Shown here piece by piece: positions 59,790 through 64,000 of a DNA stretch of 64,000 bases. This stretch comes from Dehalococcoidia bacterium. Its GTDB lineage: Bacteria > Chloroflexota > Dehalococcoidia > GIF9 > AB-539-J10. The stretch's first letter is position 1. Every line of letters starts with the position of its first letter. The stretch is from positions 64,001-128,000 of the forward strand of contig JAUWOR010000004.1 in NCBI GenBank assembly GCA_030612025.1, read 5' to 3'. The position numbers and the translations under genes are program-made. The notes beneath the pieces are model-generated. The model did not search any database, had not been told where the DNA came from, and saw nothing but the letters and a program-made list of their open reading frames with translations.

Positions 59790-61511
59790 TCACCTTATTC
59801 CTCTCCCTTCAAGGGAGAGGTTAGGTGAGGGCATTTCTACCTTTGGCAGTTCTAAAGTTTCGGATAAACTTCCCCCAAGCGGTACCATAGGATAGACATT
59901 TTCCTCTGGCTCAACAACAAAGTCGATAAGAAAAGCCCCAGGGTAATCCATTGCTTTCTGTATAGCCGGATTTACCTCCTCCCTGCGTTTTACTCTTATT
60001 CCAGGGATATCGTAGGCTTCGGCAATCTTAACAAAATCCGGGTTCCAGAGTTTTGTATCAACATAGCGATGCTCATAAAATAACTCCTGCCACTGTCTTA
60101 CCATCCCCAGATAGCCATTATTAATAATAGCTATTTTTATGGCAATATTCTCCTGTGTTATGGTAGCCAATTCTTGAATGGTCATTTGGAAGCCACCATC
60201 ACCAGCGATGCACCATACCATTTCCCCAGGGCAACCAACTTTGGCTCCAATAGCAGCGGGAAGCTCAAACCCCATAGTGCCCAAGCCTCCTGAGGAGATG
60301 AAGCTGTTTGGTTTAGTATAAACGAAATGTTGTGCGGCCCACATTTGATTCTGCCCTACTCCAGTAACTACTATGGCATTGCCTCGGGTAGCTTCATAAA
60401 TCTGGTGGATAACATATTGAGGTAAAAGCTCGTCATTCTGCCTAATATCCAGTGATGGATGCTCATACCTCCACTGTTCTAACTGAGAGAGCCAATCTAG
60501 ATGGTCTCTGGAGTCGATTTCCTTATTCATAGCCTTTAATACATTCTTGACATCACCTACTATGGGCATATCTACCCGCACATTCTTTCCTATCTCTGCC
60601 GGGTCAATATCAATATGAACAATATGGGCATTAGGAGCAAAACCGCCGGTATTTGCCGTAGCTCGATCATCAAATCGCATACCAATGGCGATGATAAGGT
60701 CAGCACTTTGCACTGCCATGTTGGCATAAGCCATGCCATGCATTCCCATCATGCCAAGACTAAGAACATGGTTTTGGGGGAAAGAACCAAGGCCAAGGAG
60801 TGTATTAACCACTGGTATTTGTGCCTTCTCGGCTAATTCCTTGAGCTCATCATGAGCCTGGGAAATAATTATTCCTCTACCGGCAATGATAAGGGGTCTT
60901 TGAGCTTGGTTAATAAGCTTGGCTGCCCTTTTGACCTGAACTGAATGACCTCGGGAGATGAACTTGTAGCCTGGCAGATTAACCTTGTCAGGATAAACAA
61001 ATTCTACTTCCTCTTGCTGTACATCCCTTGGTATATCAATAAGCACAGGACCTGGCCTCCCCGTCTGGGCAATATAAAAAGCCTCCTTAACTGTTCCTGC
61101 TAGCTCAGTGGCATCGGAAACAGAATAATTGTGCTTGGTGATAGGAAGCGTAATGCCCGTAATATCCGCCTCTTGGAAGGCATCCTTGCCAATGAAAGGT
61201 CTAGCTACCTGGCCAGTTATAGCTACCATAGGAGAGGAGTCCATAAAAGCATTGGCAATCCCGGTTACCAAGTTAGTAGCTCCCGGGCCTGAAGTAGCTA
61301 GACATACTCCTGCTTTATGTGTTGCTCTGGCATAGCCATCGGCAGCATGGGCTGCCCCTTGCTCATGACGAACCAATATATGCCGAAGTTGGGGATATTG
61401 AGGAAGGGTATCATATAGCGGTAGCACAGCACCACCAAGAATACCAAAAATAACTTCTACTCCCTCTTTAATTAAGCTTTCACACAAAATCTGAGCGCCA
61501 GTCTTCTTCAT
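59790..61511 (-). CDS. ilvB: Acetolactate synthase large subunit
   Basis: RHEQGA, TSGPGATN, GMHG, GDGGFQM...NN, GMVRQWQ. Confidence 0.96.
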   Translation of the reverse strand: MKKTGAQILCESLIKEGVEVIFGILGGAVLPLYDTLPQYPQLRHILVRHEQGAAHAADGYARATHKAGVCLATSGPGATNLVTGIANAFMDSSPMVAITGQVARPFIGKDAFQEADITGITLPITKHNYSVSDATELAGTVKEAFYIAQTGRPGPVLIDIPRDVQQEEVEFVYPDKVNLPGYKFISRGHSVQVKRAAKLINQAQRPLIIAGRGIIISQAHDELKELAEKAQIPVVNTLLGLGSFPQNHVLSLGMMGMHGMAYANMAVQSADLIIAIGMRFDDRATANTGGFAPNAHIVHIDIDPAEIGKNVRVDMPIVGDVKNVLKAMNKEIDSRDHLDWLSQLEQWRYEHPSLDIRQNDELLPQYVIHQIYEATRGNAIVVTGVGQNQMWAAQHFVYTKPNSFISSGGLGTMGFELPAAIGAKVGCPGEMVWCIAGDGGFQMTIQELATITQENIAIKIAIINNGYLGMVRQWQELFYEHRYVDTKLWNPDFVKIAEAYDIPGIRVKRREEVNPAIQKAMDYPGAFLIDFVVEPEENVYPMVPLGGSLSETLELPKVEMPSPNLSLEGRGIR

Positions 61512-61522
61512 AATAGCTCCTC

Positions 61523-63190
61523 TTAGTCAGCAAACACCGCTCCAGTGCTGGCTGAGGTCACCTTATCAGCATAGCGTTTAAGATAGCCAGTTTTAGTCTT
61601 GGGTTCAAAGGGAGGCAATAAGTTTAATCGCTGCTCTATCTCCTTTTGAGGTAATTCTACCTCTAATTTATGGTTAGGTATATCTATTTTAACAATATCG
61701 CCATCTTTCACAGCAGCTATAGGACCTCCCGCTGCTGCCTCAGGTGAGACATGGCCGATAGCAGCGCCCCTTGTTGCTCCAGAGAAGCGACCATCGGTAA
61801 TCAGAGCCACCTTATTATCCATATCCATGCCACTGACAAGAGAAGTCGGCGTTAGCATTTCACGCATCCCAGGTCCCCCTTTTGGTCCCTCATAGCGAAT
61901 GATAATTACCTCTCCAGATTTGAATTCCCCTTTCATTATTGCCGTAGTAGCTGCTTCTTCACTATCGAAGACCCGTGCTGGGCCTTGATGGATTAGCATC
62001 CCGGGAGCTACAGCAGCGCTTTTCACCACCGCACCTTCAGGCGCTAGATTGCCAAATAATATACTAATACCACCAGTAATGCTATAGGGATTAGATAGGC
62101 TACGAATTACCTCTCTATTCTTAACTTTAGCTTCCTTTATCGTCTCGCCCACTGGTTTTCCTAACACTGTCTGTGCCTCAAGATTTAGCAATTGGCATAT
62201 CTCCTGCATCACTGCTGGAATGCCACCAGCTAAGTCTAAATCTTCAATGTGATAATCGCTTGCCGGGCTTAATTTACATATATGGGGAATACGCTGGCTA
62301 ATTTCACTTACCAAAGACAAAGGGAAGGCAATACCTGCCTCATGAGCTATGGCCATAAGGTGCAACGTAGAATTAGTGCTGCCACCCAAAGCCATATCTA
62401 CAGCGAAGGCATTATAGATGGAATCTCTGGTAATGACGTCTTTAGGCCGAATATCCTTAGCCAACACATCCATAACTTGCTGGCCGGCTTTATAGGCTAA
62501 TTGGATTCGCCGCGCTTGTACCGCTGGTATTGTCCCATTACCAGGTAAAGCCATACCCAAAACTTCAGTAAGGCAATTCATGGTATTAGCGGTAAACATG
62601 CCAGCACAGCTACCACAGCCAGGGCAAGCAACTCTCTCTAATTCCGCCAGCTCAGTTTCAGACATGTTTCCACTGATGGTCGCGCCCACCGCTTGGAAAA
62701 CTGAGCTAAGGTCGGCTGACTTCGCTTGATTTCCCTGATAAAACTTTCCCGCCATCATAGGGCCACCACTTACAAATACGCAAGGCAAGTTAAGTCTCAC
62801 CGCAGCCATCAGCATTCCTGGTATTACCTTGTCACAATTGGGGATAAAAACTAAACCATCAAAAGCATGAGCCTCAGCCAAAATCTCAACAGAGTCAGCA
62901 ATAAGTTCTCGGCTGGGCAGACTATACTTCATTCCTGGGTGATTCATGGCAATACCATCACAAACAACTATGGTATTAACTTCAAAAGGCACTCCGCCTC
63001 GACTGCGGGTTCCTTCTTTCACTGCCCGGGCAATAGACTGCAAATGAATATGCCCAGGGACAACTTCGCTGAAACTGTTAATTACCCCGATAAAAGGTTT
63101 ATCCCAATCATCTGGGGAGCAACCTACAGCATAAAGTAATGACCTGTGAGGCGCTCGCTCGATACCTTTCTTTACCACATCGCTTCTCAT
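61523..63190 (-). CDS. ilvD: Dihydroxy-acid dehydratase
   Basis: [35 protein letters not shown]. Confidence 0.96.
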   Translation of the reverse strand: MRSDVVKKGIERAPHRSLLYAVGCSPDDWDKPFIGVINSFSEVVPGHIHLQSIARAVKEGTRSRGGVPFEVNTIVVCDGIAMNHPGMKYSLPSRELIADSVEILAEAHAFDGLVFIPNCDKVIPGMLMAAVRLNLPCVFVSGGPMMAGKFYQGNQAKSADLSSVFQAVGATISGNMSETELAELERVACPGCGSCAGMFTANTMNCLTEVLGMALPGNGTIPAVQARRIQLAYKAGQQVMDVLAKDIRPKDVITRDSIYNAFAVDMALGGSTNSTLHLMAIAHEAGIAFPLSLVSEISQRIPHICKLSPASDYHIEDLDLAGGIPAVMQEICQLLNLEAQTVLGKPVGETIKEAKVKNREVIRSLSNPYSITGGISILFGNLAPEGAVVKSAAVAPGMLIHQGPARVFDSEEAATTAIMKGEFKSGEVIIIRYEGPKGGPGMREMLTPTSLVSGMDMDNKVALITDGRFSGATRGAAIGHVSPEAAAGGPIAAVKDGDIVKIDIPNHKLEVELPQKEIEQRLNLLPPFEPKTKTGYLKRYADKVTSASTGAVFAD

Positions 63191-63242
63191 CAGCTTCTCC
63201 TTTAATTTAAAAAGTGGAAACTACCACAAATAACTAGCAGGG

Positions 63243-63683
63243 TCAATCTGTTTCCAGAGCTTTTATTTTATTTAATCTTGGGATATGCCTGCCACCTTCA
63301 AAATTGGTGGATAGGTAGGTTCTAACAATTTCCAAAGCTAAATCAACATCTATATTCTCACTCCCAAGGCACAGGATATTGGCATCATTGTGTTCACGAG
63401 CTCGTTGTGCCATAAAGGTATCATGGCATAAAGCTGCTCTTATGCCCTTTATTTTGTTAGCTGCCATGCTCATGCCTATGCCAGTGCTGCATATTAAAAT
63501 GCCCTGGGCAAAGTCACCCGAAGTCACTGCTTCACCTACTTTGTGAGCAATATCGGGGTAGTCTACCGACTCAATGTTATAGCAGCCAAAATCACGATAG
63601 TTATGATTTAGTTTTGGCAGAAATTCCATAATCGCCTGTTTTATTCTGAAGCCGCGATGGTCACAACCTAGAGCGACACGCAT
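63243..63683 (-). CDS. rpiB: Ribose-5-phosphate isomerase B
   Basis: CDHRG, DYPD, CSTGIG, ANK, HNDAN, FEGGRH; start reassigned to 63683. Confidence 0.94.
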   Translation of the reverse strand: MRVALGCDHRGFRIKQAIMEFLPKLNHNYRDFGCYNIESVDYPDIAHKVGEAVTSGDFAQGILICSTGIGMSMAANKIKGIRAALCHDTFMAQRAREHNDANILCLGSENIDVDLALEIVRTYLSTNFEGGRHIPRLNKIKALETD

Positions 63684-64000
63684 GACTCTTTGCCTCACAA
63701 TATTCTTTATAGGCTTTATCAATTTCATGTGCGGATATAATACCTTGACGCAAAATCGTAGGCACTTCGCCTGTGACATCTACTATAGTTGATTCACTGC
63801 CACCAGGGCACTTGCCACCATCAATGATAAGGTCAACTTTATCTCCCAACTGTTGCCTAACCTCGCCAGCAATCAAAATGCTTGGCTTACCACTGATATT
63901 GGCGCTAGTCCCAATTATCGGGTTTCCCAAGCTTTGGATAAGAGTTAGAGGGATGGCATGGTTAGGGACACGCACTGCTATGGTAGATTGGGTAGTGAGG
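63661..64000 (-). CDS. tsaC: L-threonylcarbamoyladenylate synthase (TsaC/Sua5), 5' end outside window
   Basis: AVRVPNH, GTSANISG, STIVD, ILRQG. Confidence 0.9.
   Translation of the reverse strand, partial: LTTQSTIAVRVPNHAIPLTLIQSLGNPIIGTSANISGKPSILIAGEVRQQLGDKVDLIIDGGKCPGGSESTIVDVTGEVPTILRQGIISAHEIDKAYKEYCEAKSHACRSRL

Noticed and set aside
1-64000. CRISPR array
   Set aside because: No regularly spaced identical repeats with unique spacers and no cas genes; repeats are dispersed palindromes or heptamer tracts.

Overview
The window looks like a Dehalococcoidia-like (Chloroflexota) chromosome segment; this is inferred from gene content and order, not from a search. Most of it is housekeeping: nadE, riboflavin operon, dcd, hflX-dapL-dapF-miaA-tpiA-pgk-prenyl synthase, tRNA-Arg, rpsB-tsf-frr-cdsA-dxr-rseP-ispG-proS, pheST, rplT/rpmI/infC/thrS, tRNA-Val, archease-rtcB, ilv/leu/cimA, rpiB and tsaC. 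Non-routine signals: (1) A decaying defence/TA island at about 12.3-18.2 kb holds an intact operon with a consensus promoter, encoding four small coiled-coil+HTH proteins and a Swt1-like HEPN RNase. This is the best candidate for an undescribed system. (2) A tyrosine recombinase has a near-symmetric 11-6-11 dif-like site overlapping its own predicted transcription start. (3) A perfect CIRCE operator precedes three tiny Zn-finger genes rather than chaperones. (4) Several families of palindromic REP/MITE-like elements occur, many in frame inside essential genes. (5) Many substitutions fall at normally conserved residues, including the NadE glutaminase Cys. (6) A GltPh-like transporter/PLP-enzyme block has foreign-looking codon usage and a structured leader. 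All family calls come from motif recognition by eye; no searches were run.
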